NCBI GenBank assembly: GCA_026195255.1
Contig: JAPHSS010000005.1
Span: 32,008-96,007, forward strand
Length of the DNA stretch: 64,000 nucleotides
Origin: Gammaproteobacteria bacterium
GTDB taxonomy: Bacteria > Pseudomonadota > Gammaproteobacteria > SZUA-229
Direction: 5' to 3'
Positions 31,982-42,442 of this stretch are shown piece after piece. The stretch's first letter is position 1. Every line of letters starts with the position of its first letter. The translations under genes and the position numbers were made by a program. The notes beneath the pieces were generated by a model that did not search any database, had not been told where the DNA came from, and was given only the letters and a program-made list of their open reading frames with translations.

Positions 31982-33475
31982 TCATGTACCACAGAAAGTA
32001 TTTTCAACAACTTGCTCTGGCTCAGGGGGTAACATGTATTTATCCATCCCGGGCTGCAAGGTAAACGGGTCTTCTAACACAACATGCAACTTGTGAAACA
32101 AGGTAAAATCATTATTATCTTCCGCTGCTCTTATAACTTCTTCAATTAGATGATTTCGGGGAATATAAACAGGATTAACTGATTGCATATTAAGTTGACG
32201 TTCTTCATCAGTTGTAGTTTCTTCACTGAGGCGTAGTCGCCACCTACCTAACCAGGCCTCTATCGACTCTGTTTTATCAAATAATTTTTTCAGTTTTTCA
32301 TCTATGTCTGATTCGATTAGATTAAGTCGTGACAGGTAAAAGAACGTTAATGTAAAATCAGCATGGTTCATCTGCATGATTTCAAATAATGATTCGATTA
32401 GTTTTTTATCCTGGATATCACCAGCGTTATCATCAGACCTAACCAGGCCAAACTTAATACGCATGCCTTCTAACCAGGCTTTTTCATAACTCGTTTCATA
32501 AGATTGTAAAACCTCTTTTGCAAGCTCAACAGCTGTCTCTGTATCCTCTGCAAACAGCGGCACCAGGCATTCAGCAAGTCTGGTTAAGTTCCATAAACCA
32601 ATGGGCGGTTGCTGACTATATGCATAACGCCCCCCCCTGTCGATAAAACTATACACCTGATTATGATTAAACTCATCCATAAAAGCGCAGGGGCCATAGT
32701 CAATTGTCTCACCTGCAACCGACATATTATCCGTATTCATAACACCGTGAATAAAACCTAACTGCATCCACTGTGCAATTAATTTAGCCTGACGCTCTAC
32801 TACCGATTTAAAAAATTCAAGATAAAGATTATCAACACCATTAATATTTTGATAGTTACGCTCAATGACATAATCTGCCAATATCTTAATGGATTTAAGA
32901 TCACCTTTAGCAGCAAAATATTGAAATGTACCGACACGTACGAAACTGGATGCAACCCGTGTTAATATACCGCCTGGCCCAAGGGTTTCACGCGCCACTT
33001 CCTCGCCAGTTGTAACTGCAGCTAAGGCGCGTGTTGTAGGCACATTGAGTTTATACATTGCCTCACTCACCAGGTATTCACGCAAAACTGGCCCCAAAGC
33101 GGAACGCCCATCACCATTACGCGAATAGGCTGTTCGCCCTGAACCTTTTAACTGCACATCAAAAGTTTTACCATCAGGCGCATTAACCTCGCCCAGATAG
33201 ATAGCACGACCATCACCAAGCTGCGGATTAAAACTACCAAACTGAGAACCTGAATAAGCCATAGCCAACGGAATAGAACCTTCAGGCAACTGATTACCAG
33301 CGAAAATCAATGTAGCCTCCTGCAGGTTTGTATCCTCTATTGATAATCCCATCATGCTAGCAAGATTTTTATTAAACTTAATTAATGCAGGGGCTGTAAC
33401 TGGTACAGGTTTAGATTTTCTATAAAATTGACTTCCCAAGTCTAAAAAACGATTGTTTAATGGAATATGTTTCAA
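31982..33475 (-). CDS. selO: Protein adenylyltransferase SelO (YdiU)
   Basis: QFG..NPQLGDGRA, QLKGSG.T.YSR.GDGR, HGVMNTDN, IDYGP, PRNH and C-terminal TFCGT. Confidence 0.93.
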   Translation of the reverse strand: MKHIPLNNRFLDLGSQFYRKSKPVPVTAPALIKFNKNLASMMGLSIEDTNLQEATLIFAGNQLPEGSIPLAMAYSGSQFGSFNPQLGDGRAIYLGEVNAPDGKTFDVQLKGSGRTAYSRNGDGRSALGPVLREYLVSEAMYKLNVPTTRALAAVTTGEEVARETLGPGGILTRVASSFVRVGTFQYFAAKGDLKSIKILADYVIERNYQNINGVDNLYLEFFKSVVERQAKLIAQWMQLGFIHGVMNTDNMSVAGETIDYGPCAFMDEFNHNQVYSFIDRGGRYAYSQQPPIGLWNLTRLAECLVPLFAEDTETAVELAKEVLQSYETSYEKAWLEGMRIKFGLVRSDDNAGDIQDKKLIESLFEIMQMNHADFTLTFFYLSRLNLIESDIDEKLKKLFDKTESIEAWLGRWRLRLSEETTTDEERQLNMQSVNPVYIPRNHLIEEVIRAAEDNNDFTLFHKLHVVLEDPFTLQPGMDKYMLPPEPEQVVENTFCGT

Positions 33476-33751
33476 AATGATCTCTGATATCTGAAATATT
33501 AAGGGTATAAGCTGTAGTTTAACGTGTATACGAGAATAGATAGGCCTAAATATATTGTGGAATTACTTACTTTATTCAGGTGATTTAGTTAAAGATTAGA
33601 TCAGTTAATATTTGTTAATTTACGCAATGTATAATGATGACTGTATATTCAACGACATTTTATTACAATTTCCTCTCTACTCTTATATTAAAACATAAAT
33701 AGAGAAATCCTATAATTTTGCACCTTTGATAAAAAGACTAATCTGTAACAA

Positions 33752-34708
33752 CTATTTTTCTGAATATTTAGAAGCATAAGCATTTTCTAACTTAACAATC
33801 GAGCTTAAAAAATTCTCATCAAACGTCATCCCAGAGGTGAGTAATAAATTCAATTCAGATCTCGCATTATATAAAATTAATTTTAATACCTCCATATAAG
33901 CATCTGACAAATTCATTTTCTTCAAACTTTCATTTAAATTACTTTCAAAACCCAGATATAATTCTGATATATTAATTGCCTGATCATCAAAACTATCGCG
34001 CATGGTTTCAAAAGCTAAATGAGTTTTCTTAAACACATTGTAAATATTTCTATTCAATATATCTAACTCAGCCGATTTAGATAAAGAGTCAATTCTGAGG
34101 TTTGCACCAACACAAACTATTTTTAGATACTTCTCTAACTGCAAACTTTTTACCTCATCTGATACTGGCATATTATTTGCGAATAAAACTATATTATCCA
34201 TGTAAAATATTATGAAATCTTTATCCTTGATAAAACTGGACTCACCATTAAATTGAGATATAATTTTTACAGCCTCTTCCTGGTTATCTGGGTCCAATGA
34301 ATGAACTTTTGATTCTTTATCGGTCGTGATTTTAACCGTGACATTTAAATCTAAGTTTTCAACCGAATGAAAAATTGAAGCTACTACATCGCGATATACA
34401 TCTGCGAGCAAGTTATCTTCGAAAAAGCTAAGCAAGCCATCGTTTAAATCTGCACCTCGATCAACACTATCAGCAAAAGTATCTGGTAAACCGCTTATTC
34501 TGGTTTTTAACTTCTCAAGCTGGATTTGTTCTTCAAATAATTTAACTTTTTCTTTAGCTTCTATTAGTTGCATATTCAGTGAAAAGAAATTCTTTTTAAA
34601 GACTTCCAGATTTACAACTCTTTCTTTAAGATACTTAATCTCATGATGTGATTTACCTTCTTTGGTAAAACAAAACTCATCATTCGACTCTGTAGACTCA
34701 TCGCCCAT
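33752..34708 (-). CDS. Hypothetical protein with N-terminal coiled coil
   Basis: 318-aa ORF; no family confidently recognised. Confidence 0.7.
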   Translation of the reverse strand: MGDESTESNDEFCFTKEGKSHHEIKYLKERVVNLEVFKKNFFSLNMQLIEAKEKVKLFEEQIQLEKLKTRISGLPDTFADSVDRGADLNDGLLSFFEDNLLADVYRDVVASIFHSVENLDLNVTVKITTDKESKVHSLDPDNQEEAVKIISQFNGESSFIKDKDFIIFYMDNIVLFANNMPVSDEVKSLQLEKYLKIVCVGANLRIDSLSKSAELDILNRNIYNVFKKTHLAFETMRDSFDDQAINISELYLGFESNLNESLKKMNLSDAYMEVLKLILYNARSELNLLLTSGMTFDENFLSSIVKLENAYASKYSEK

Positions 34709-35142
34709 AATAATACCCAGACCATTAGAAAATCATAATATGCATTATGTAATATATAGTATATAAAACAAGGTTTTACACAAAATAGCCTATAAAATCA
34801 TATATTATTTATGCGATTGACACATATAAACCCGCCGTATCACGTAATTACTAAAAATTAAGCAAAAACCAGCCATTCCAACTAACTCTGGGCTTTTTCA
34901 GCTGTTTTTTAGCACTCTTATAATAATGATCACTTATTACACTAGTTCGAGCCTGCTAGCGTAATGATATTGGACATATCTATAGAAATACTGATTTTTA
35001 ATTAAAAACACTAGTTTAAATATGTGATCTATCTCAAGTTTTACCCGCGAATCACTTATAAAAGTGTGATGCAAACACACTTTAACCTTTAACAAATGTC
35101 TATAATCAGTTAACAAACAAGCATTAACAGCGGTAAATAATT

Positions 35143-35334
35143 ATGGTAACAGCAAAAAAGATCAACCCTATTACTAACACACCTAAAGCTTCTTCTAGAC
35201 TTAGCCGTCTATTGCTCGACGCTAATTATAAACACAGTCACTCAGCTCGTAATAAGAAACCAGTAGAGAAAGTAAACTTTTCTCGTATTGAAGCAGAGTT
35301 TCAGATGGAAAAATTATTCATGTGTATGTATTAG
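35143..35334 (+). CDS. Small basic hypothetical protein (63 aa)
   Basis: TATAAT at 35101-35106 upstream and a terminator hairpin just downstream. Confidence 0.55.
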   Translation: MVTAKKINPITNTPKASSRLSRLLLDANYKHSHSARNKKPVEKVNFSRIEAEFQMEKLFMCMY

Positions 35335-35347
35335 GAAGGAGGATTAG

Positions 35348-35372
35348 GGGTAAAATTTCGGTTTTGCCCTTT
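35348..35372 (+). terminator. Rho-independent terminator-like hairpin
   Basis: GGGTAAAAT-TTCG-GTTTTGCCC-TTT (UUCG loop, two G-U pairs). Confidence 0.6.
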
Positions 35373-35534
35373 AAATTAGGCTAAAGCATGATTATAGGAA
35401 TTTAAAAACACCTACTCCCCTCATGCTGTAAGCACCACTCGAAGAAACATATATAATGACAGTATCTATATCTGAATACTTCTTTTCGTATTAACTTACT
35501 CTACTCTACAAATCCCACTTTAAAGCAAACATAT

Positions 35535-36401
35535 TTAACATAACGTCATGCCTGCTATAGCAGGAATCCTGTCTGCTGAAACCGGTCTACATACCAGGTT
35601 TCCCTGTATTAAGTCACATTGACTTGTTAATAAAATATTTCGTTGTTTTACTGTTTCAACTCCCTCAGCTAGAACTTCCATTTTTAGTTTTTTACTCATT
35701 TCAATAATGGTTTCAGTTATGACCGTATTAGCAGAATTTACGCCAAGTAAATTTATAAAACTCCTATCAATTTTAATCATATCAAAAGGCATTGAAGCTA
35801 AATAACTTAATGATGAATAACCAGTTCCAAAGTCATCCATGGCCGTTCTAATACCCAGTTCTTTAAATTCATTTAAAACTCGAATAACTTTAGCTTGATC
35901 TTTAATCAGGCATGACTCAGTCAGTTCAATTTCAAGCGAACTTTTATCTATGTCATATTTACTAATGCAAGACCCAACAAAATCAACAATTTGCTTATTA
36001 TGCACCTGCATATATGAAACATTAACCGCTATACGTATACCACTGCTATATTGTTTTTTCCATAATGAAGCCTGTTTGCAGGCTTTATCGATAACCAGAT
36101 TCCCCAGTTCAGAAATCAAATTAAACTTTTCTGCTGCAGGAATAAAATATTCTGGAAATATCACACCGAATTCTGGTGAGTTCCAACGTAACAGGGCTTC
36201 AACACCTATAACACGTTGCCCCATAATTTCGATCTGGGGTTGATAAACAAGCTCAAACTCATCATATGAGATGGCATTTAACAACTGCTGTTTAAGATAA
36301 GGTTTATTATCTGACTTTAAAAACAGGTCTGTTATTCGCATTGTTTTAAAAGATCCTGGAAAACCCGTGAAATAATTCATTAGCATGTTTTCTGTTATCA
36401 T
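35535..36401 (-). CDS. Stand-alone EAL c-di-GMP phosphodiesterase
   Basis: YQPQ, EALLRW, AVNVS, ELTES, DDFGTGYSSL, IKID, EGVE and QG are all intact. Confidence 0.93.
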   Translation of the reverse strand: MITENMLMNYFTGFPGSFKTMRITDLFLKSDNKPYLKQQLLNAISYDEFELVYQPQIEIMGQRVIGVEALLRWNSPEFGVIFPEYFIPAAEKFNLISELGNLVIDKACKQASLWKKQYSSGIRIAVNVSYMQVHNKQIVDFVGSCISKYDIDKSSLEIELTESCLIKDQAKVIRVLNEFKELGIRTAMDDFGTGYSSLSYLASMPFDMIKIDRSFINLLGVNSANTVITETIIEMSKKLKMEVLAEGVETVKQRNILLTSQCDLIQGNLVCRPVSADRIPAIAGMTLC

Positions 36402-36796
36402 TTTATTGTCCTTAGTAGCAATTTAATAATATTATAAGTGAAATTTGACTTGCCACTAGAGCCACTCAGAACTATTAACATTGTTTAACAATTCATGCAT
36501 ATTTATTACTGTTAGTCACATGAAAGCAACTTATCCAGCTATTCCTGGACAAATGATATTTTAAAAATATTATTTTAACTTATTGATTTTTATGTATTTA
36601 AATTAACCCTGACCTTTCTAGACTTTTTAATAGAATCATTTGTTAACATTTTTAAAAATATCACCGACTATATAAAATATACGACTAAATAATGAAATAA
36701 CTATTATTTCAGGGATTATCCGATGCTGATCTTATAGACAGCAAAGCAGATTTCTCTATAATTCTGTATTACAAACTTAAAAGAGTATTTATTGTC

Positions 36797-37489
36797 TTGT
36801 CACTAGAAGTCGCTATATTAGAAGATGAACTTGCACAATCTCAGTTAATTGAATCCTGGTTGTTGCCTGAAAACTATATCTGTCATACCTATGCAACAGG
36901 TCAATCTTTGCTTGATGCATTAAATTCTAACACCTATAACCTTCTGCTAATTGACTGGGAGTTACCAGATATAAATGGCCCTGAAGTTATGCAAACTGTG
37001 CGTAATAAAATGAAAATTGATACACCCATCATATTTATTACCAGTCGTGATAGTGAAGAAGACATAGTTAACGCTTTAAACTCTGGCGCTGACGACTATC
37101 TTGTAAAACCAGTACGTCAATTTGAATTTCTGGCGAGAGTTCGAGCCAACACTAAACGCACTCGAAACTCTACCTCAGAGTCAACACAGCTCACTCACTC
37201 ACCATATGTATTTAAGCCAGACAATCAGCAGGTTTTTATAAATACAGATGTAGTCGAATTATCTAGCAAGGAGTTTGAACTCGCTTTTTATATTTTTAAA
37301 AATCAAGGCAAGTTACTGGATAGAAAAGATATACTATCAACTGTATGGCAACAGGAAGCAGATCTTAATACACGAACAGTAGACACTCATATGTCTATAA
37401 TTCGTAAAAAGTTAAACATTGGCCCTGAAAACGGCTGGCGCTTAAAAAGCATATATGGACACGGTTACAGGTTAGAAAAACTAGACTAA
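36797..37489 (+). CDS. OmpR/PhoB-family response regulator
   Basis: LEDE, DWELPD, GADDYLVKP and wHTH RTVDTH..IRKKL...YGHGYRL; TTG start. Confidence 0.93.
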   Translation: MSLEVAILEDELAQSQLIESWLLPENYICHTYATGQSLLDALNSNTYNLLLIDWELPDINGPEVMQTVRNKMKIDTPIIFITSRDSEEDIVNALNSGADDYLVKPVRQFEFLARVRANTKRTRNSTSESTQLTHSPYVFKPDNQQVFINTDVVELSSKEFELAFYIFKNQGKLLDRKDILSTVWQQEADLNTRTVDTHMSIIRKKLNIGPENGWRLKSIYGHGYRLEKLD

Positions 37490-37530
37490 TAGCCTCTTAA
37501 GTAACAACTAAATGAAGATATATATACATT

Positions 37531-38943
37531 ATGAATATAATTCCTAAAGTTCTGCACATTTTAAACTTACATCCTGCTTCTTTAAAAAAAGTATGTTTAA
37601 ACCTGGCACTCATCTTCTCACTGTTATCACCTTCAATATCAACTGCCGATGAATGGACATACACTACTCGCCCTAATGATACTATCTGGGATATCAGCAA
37701 GAAATATTTGAAAAGCGTAAACTACTGGAAAAAACTTCAGGCTCACAATTCTGTTGATATTGCAAAGCGTTTATCACCCGGAACAAAATTACGCATCCCC
37801 GTTGAATGGTTAAAGATTCAGGCAGCAGCTGCATTAGTTTTAAGTGTAACGGGAAAAGTAAATCTACAAACGTTTAATAACAAAACCCTTCAAGCCCTCA
37901 ACACTAAACAACTTATTAACATTGGCGACACGATTATCACTGGTGATAATGGTAGTGCCCTTATCCAGTTTGCAGATAATTCAAGTTTACTGGTGCAAAA
38001 GAACAGCCAGGTAGTATTTAATACCTTAAGCGTCTATGGTCAATCAGGCATGGTTGATACTCAAGTTCGCTTACAACAAGGTCGCGTTGAAACAGCTGTT
38101 AAGCCTTTAAAAGACTCAATTTCTCGTTTCGAAATAACTACTCCTGCTGCAGTAGCGGCAGTCCGAGGCACAGCATTTCGGGTTGCTTATGAAGAAACGC
38201 AGGAGACCATGGCAAGTGAAGTAGTAAAAGGCTCTATCAATCTCGCTGCGCAGGGTAGTAAGTTACCTATAAATAAAGGCTTTGGCTCTATTACAGAAAA
38301 GGGTAATCCACCTCAAGCTCCCGTAAAATTATTAGACAAACCAACTTTATCCAAGCTGCCTGAGAAGATTAGACATTTACCGTTTAGCTTTAAATGGTCG
38401 CCACTGGATGGCGCTATAAATTATCGTATTCAGATATCTCCAGCAGAACAAAGTAATTCTTTAGTACTTGAAGGCACACAGGCCACAAATCAATACAATC
38501 TTAAAGAATTAAATGATGGCGAATACCTGATGCGAGTTCGTGGTATAGATAAGAACAGACTTGAAGGTTTTAATGCCGAACACAAATTCACGCTTAATAC
38601 CAACTTCCCTGTTGTTACACTTATTCAACCTGCCGACAAAAGCGAAATATCAACTGAGAACATTGATTTAAAATGGAGTAAGGAAGAAGAAGTTTCACAA
38701 TACCGTGTACAGGTTTCAACGAATATTGATTTTAGTAAAACAATACTCGACGAATTAATTAAAGATAATAGTATATCAATTACTGAAGAACTAACTGAAA
38801 ACACATACTTCTGGCGTGTTATTGCAGTAGATGAGTTAGGAAATACTGGCAAACCCTCAGAAATCAACAAATTCGAAGTCTCTGGGAACCCTTACGAAGC
38901 GTTACTAATATTACTGTATTTATTACCTGCTTTTCTTATATAA
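37531..38943 (+). CDS. LysM + FecR + FN3-like exported protein with a C-terminal hydrophobic tail
   Basis: LysM-like YTTRPNDTIWDIS...PGTKLRIP, FecR TPAAVAAVRGTAFRV, FN3-like YFWRVIAVD and terminal ALLILLYLLPAFLI. Confidence 0.85.
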   Translation: MNIIPKVLHILNLHPASLKKVCLNLALIFSLLSPSISTADEWTYTTRPNDTIWDISKKYLKSVNYWKKLQAHNSVDIAKRLSPGTKLRIPVEWLKIQAAAALVLSVTGKVNLQTFNNKTLQALNTKQLINIGDTIITGDNGSALIQFADNSSLLVQKNSQVVFNTLSVYGQSGMVDTQVRLQQGRVETAVKPLKDSISRFEITTPAAVAAVRGTAFRVAYEETQETMASEVVKGSINLAAQGSKLPINKGFGSITEKGNPPQAPVKLLDKPTLSKLPEKIRHLPFSFKWSPLDGAINYRIQISPAEQSNSLVLEGTQATNQYNLKELNDGEYLMRVRGIDKNRLEGFNAEHKFTLNTNFPVVTLIQPADKSEISTENIDLKWSKEEEVSQYRVQVSTNIDFSKTILDELIKDNSISITEELTENTYFWRVIAVDELGNTGKPSEINKFEVSGNPYEALLILLYLLPAFLI

Positions 38944-38983
38944 AACTATCGACATAAATTAACTCAATGCTAATTCACTGCGT

Positions 38984-41626
38984 ATGACAACATCAACAGC
39001 ATATTCTGCACGCGCTGAGTCTATCAAACTTGGTTTATTATTAGGTTGCCTATGTCTTGCTATTATATATGGCGACTGGACCTGGCGTTGGGATAGACTC
39101 ATTTACGATGCTCAATCGAGTCTTATACGTCAGCAAGCAAGTGATGATATTGTCATAATTGCGATTGATGAAAAAAGCCTTACTTCTATTGGGCGATGGC
39201 CATGGCCTAGAAGTATTCACGCTGAACTTATAAACAAACTGACAGAATATCAGGCAAAAGCCATCCTCGTTGATGTTATTTTTGCTGAACCCTCTTTCGA
39301 TAAAAAAAATGATGAACTATTAGCTATTGCAATTAAAAATAATGGCACAGTTAACCTCCCCGTACTGCTTGAACAAAATCGACTGCAAGGCCAACTACTT
39401 GAAACATTGCCTCTACCGATATTGACACAAGCTAACGCAAAACTGGGTCATGTACACATAGAACTTGATCCAGATGGTATTGCTCGTGGAGCTTACTTAT
39501 ATGAAGGACTTGGTGAAGCGCATTGGCCTCATATAGGGCTTTCAGTTTTGAGTATGTTAAACGAAGTACCTGAAGAATTACTCAACATCAAGAATGAAAA
39601 TACAACCACAGATACTTCTCCGTGGACATGGGTGCGTAAGAATCATTTTTTAATACCCTATATTGGCCCCATAGGAAGTTTTAAAACAACCTCGTATATT
39701 AATGTTCTTAACAACCATGTTTCTGCTGATTCATTTAAAGACAAAATAGTTTTGATTGGTGTCACAGCCGCAGGACTCGGCGACTCTCTGCCAACACCCG
39801 TCTCAGGTTTAACTCGCGCAATGCCTGGAATAGAAATAAACGCAAACATTATTCAGGCCATAAAATCTAATAGCCTCATCAAAACTATAACAGATGAGCT
39901 GCTTTACATAATTGCTGTAGCGCTTGTAATGTTACCCATTTTTATATTCCCCTATTTATCACCACGATTAACATTAATTTTTGTGATTGGTGAAATAACT
40001 TTACTTTTATTCTGCTCGCTACTGCTTTTACATGTTTTTCATATATGGATTCCACTCAGTGCAACTTTAATTTCATTACTATTGTCTTACCCTCTCTGGG
40101 CATGGCGCAGGCTAGAATATACCGTTAAATATCTAAACTACGAACTCGAAACATTATCGAAAGAAGCTCATGAACTAGAACGTTATGTTGCGCAGAATAC
40201 GGATCAATCATTTGAATCACTGCAAAGCCTCATCCCAATCACAAGTCTGAGTATATACTCTAAAACTAATGAACTTATCTTTAAGCAAGGTGATTCATGT
40301 AGCACTAAAAACTCGCTTCCATTATATGAAAACAAGTGGGCACATATTTCTGCTAACATCTATGCAACCAGGCTGTTAATTGAGAAAAACACACATAAAG
40401 CATACATCTCCTGGAATTTAAACACTCCACCAAATGAATCACAAAGTAAAATTATAAAAACATATATTCGCCAGCAGGTGAAACCAAAGATACAGCACGC
40501 AAACACAACAGTAGAGATCATTGAATCTCGCATTCACGACATTCAGACAACAACTGACAAACTAGCAAACCTTCGACATTTTATAACTGATAGTCTGGAA
40601 CAGATGGCCGATGGTGTAATTGTTATTGATAGTCTTGGCATTATTACTCTGGCAAATCACCAGGCAATAAAACAAATAAGTGGACATGATGGAGCGCCGT
40701 TACTTCACCAACCTATACAACCCGTACTAGAACGTTTAATATTAACGACAGGTGAATCATGGAGTGCAATTATAAGTGAGCTCCTGTCAAAAAAACATTA
40801 TGAAAATCTTCAGGTCCGTACACATAAAAACAAAGATCTCGTTGTAAACATCAGCCCTTTGTATAATGCAACGGCAACAGTTATCGGATTTATCATTAAT
40901 CTGTCTGACATAACTGAAATAAAAGATGCACAACGTAGACGCAATGAAATGCTGAGTTTCTTATCACACGATTTAAGATCTCCACTGGTTTCTGTATTAG
41001 CTATAATTGAGAAAAATAAAAGCAATCATCCAGATACCTCTTTAAATAATCGCATTGAAAAAAATATTAATCAGACTATACAGCTCGCAGAAGATTTTGT
41101 GCATTTAGCACGAGTTGAGAGTAATGAAGATATAAAATTCAATACAGTAAACATGTCAGATATAATAGCTAATGCTGTTGACACTGTATGGGACCAGGCA
41201 AAACTTAAAAACATACAGCTTATTCAGAATACCACTGACAGCGAATGGATACACGGTAACGGCTCCATTTTGGAACGTGTTTTAGTCAACCTTTTAACAA
41301 ATGCTATTAAATACAGTCATAAGGAATGTACCGTCACAGTCAAACTAACAAAAAACGAGTCAGTGATTACATGCTGCGTAGAAGACAACGGCCCAGGCAT
41401 AAATAAAGAAGACCTAACATCATTATTTGATCGTTTTCAAAGAGCTCACCAGCAAAGCAGGAAACAATCCAGTTCCACTCTGGGCATAGAACCTGGGCTT
41501 GGACTTGGGCTTGCATTTGTACATGCCGCTATAACAAAACATAATGGGTCTGTCACCGTAGACAGCGAACTCGGTAAGGGCTCTCGCTTTTGCATTCAAC
41601 TTCCTGAAGATTTAGACGCTCATTAA
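38984..41626 (+). CDS. CHASE2-PAS sensor histidine kinase
   Basis: CHASE2 IVIIAIDEKSL..IGRWPWPRS.HA, DPDGIAR, MPGIEINAN plus 3 TM segments. H-box SHDLRSPL, NAIKYS and GLGLGL. Confidence 0.92.
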   Translation: MTTSTAYSARAESIKLGLLLGCLCLAIIYGDWTWRWDRLIYDAQSSLIRQQASDDIVIIAIDEKSLTSIGRWPWPRSIHAELINKLTEYQAKAILVDVIFAEPSFDKKNDELLAIAIKNNGTVNLPVLLEQNRLQGQLLETLPLPILTQANAKLGHVHIELDPDGIARGAYLYEGLGEAHWPHIGLSVLSMLNEVPEELLNIKNENTTTDTSPWTWVRKNHFLIPYIGPIGSFKTTSYINVLNNHVSADSFKDKIVLIGVTAAGLGDSLPTPVSGLTRAMPGIEINANIIQAIKSNSLIKTITDELLYIIAVALVMLPIFIFPYLSPRLTLIFVIGEITLLLFCSLLLLHVFHIWIPLSATLISLLLSYPLWAWRRLEYTVKYLNYELETLSKEAHELERYVAQNTDQSFESLQSLIPITSLSIYSKTNELIFKQGDSCSTKNSLPLYENKWAHISANIYATRLLIEKNTHKAYISWNLNTPPNESQSKIIKTYIRQQVKPKIQHANTTVEIIESRIHDIQTTTDKLANLRHFITDSLEQMADGVIVIDSLGIITLANHQAIKQISGHDGAPLLHQPIQPVLERLILTTGESWSAIISELLSKKHYENLQVRTHKNKDLVVNISPLYNATATVIGFIINLSDITEIKDAQRRRNEMLSFLSHDLRSPLVSVLAIIEKNKSNHPDTSLNNRIEKNINQTIQLAEDFVHLARVESNEDIKFNTVNMSDIIANAVDTVWDQAKLKNIQLIQNTTDSEWIHGNGSILERVLVNLLTNAIKYSHKECTVTVKLTKNESVITCCVEDNGPGINKEDLTSLFDRFQRAHQQSRKQSSSTLGIEPGLGLGLAFVHAAITKHNGSVTVDSELGKGSRFCIQLPEDLDAH

Positions 41627-41628
41627 AA

Positions 41629-41674
41629 AAGCCATGTTTAGTTCAATATCATGATATTGAACTAAACATGGCTT
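41629..41674. repeat. 46-bp perfect palindrome with no loop (probably a bidirectional terminator)
   Basis: AAGCCATGTTTAGTTCAATATCA|TGATATTGAACTAAACATGGCTT between convergent genes. Confidence 0.95.
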
Positions 41675-41691
41675 AATTAAAAACAACTAGC

Positions 41692-42405
41692 CTAGAAATT
41701 ATAGACTAAAGTAATGGCTGTTTCTGTATCTGTCTCTTCGACACCAACAGGCACTTCAGATGTATTCTTATAAGTAAAAGTAATTTTCATTGAAAGGTTT
41801 CCCTCAATCTGGCTTGCCAGACTTGTAACAGATTTTGTTACAGTTACATCTTCACCCGCTTCAACTGTTAACGCTTCACTGAACTTACTGGTTTTACTAA
41901 TAGTCCAGTCAAATGTCGCAGCTGCTCGTAAAATACCTTCGCTGTCAGTTTCTCCTGAATCAAGCTTAGATTGACGTGCACCTGGACCAACTTCAAGATC
42001 CAGAGTCATATCTGTCTCTTCTATCACACGTCGACCATAACCAATAGCTTCAGTTGCACGGTAATCATAACCACTGAACTTATCATCATCATAAGTTATA
42101 ACGCCAAACAAGAAGTTTTTACCTTCAAGTTTATAGTCGCTTTTACCCATTAAAGTATACTTTTCAGCTGTAGTACTAATGTCATCTGATGATTTTAGTG
42201 CTGTAATTTCAGCTTTATGACGCCATTGTGTACGGTCTGTTGATACATTCGCTTTTGCATTCAATGTTTCTGTTTCTGTATTACCACTAGTCATTACAAA
42301 GCCCAGTTCAGCAGATGCTTTCCATAAACTCTTTGGGGCTTCTTCAGCAACCGCATTACCTGTTACTAGCAATGCAGCTGTTAAAATTGAATATGTTTTT
42401 TTCAT
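41692..42405 (-). CDS. DUF481/YdiY-family outer membrane beta-barrel
   Basis: Signal peptide, ELGFVMTSGNTET, GYGRR, LEVGPG and C-terminal LVYNF. Confidence 0.88.
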   Translation of the reverse strand: MKKTYSILTAALLVTGNAVAEEAPKSLWKASAELGFVMTSGNTETETLNAKANVSTDRTQWRHKAEITALKSSDDISTTAEKYTLMGKSDYKLEGKNFLFGVITYDDDKFSGYDYRATEAIGYGRRVIEETDMTLDLEVGPGARQSKLDSGETDSEGILRAAATFDWTISKTSKFSEALTVEAGEDVTVTKSVTSLASQIEGNLSMKITFTYKNTSEVPVGVEETDTETAITLVYNF

Positions 42406-42442
42406 GTTTATCTCCTAATAAAATATAGTACAGCAGCTTAAA

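Noticed and set aside
31982..32000. SelO ends in TGA near a Cys, suggesting selenocysteine
   Set aside because: TFCGT-stop is a normal bacterial YdiU ending, and the frame closes again almost immediately.
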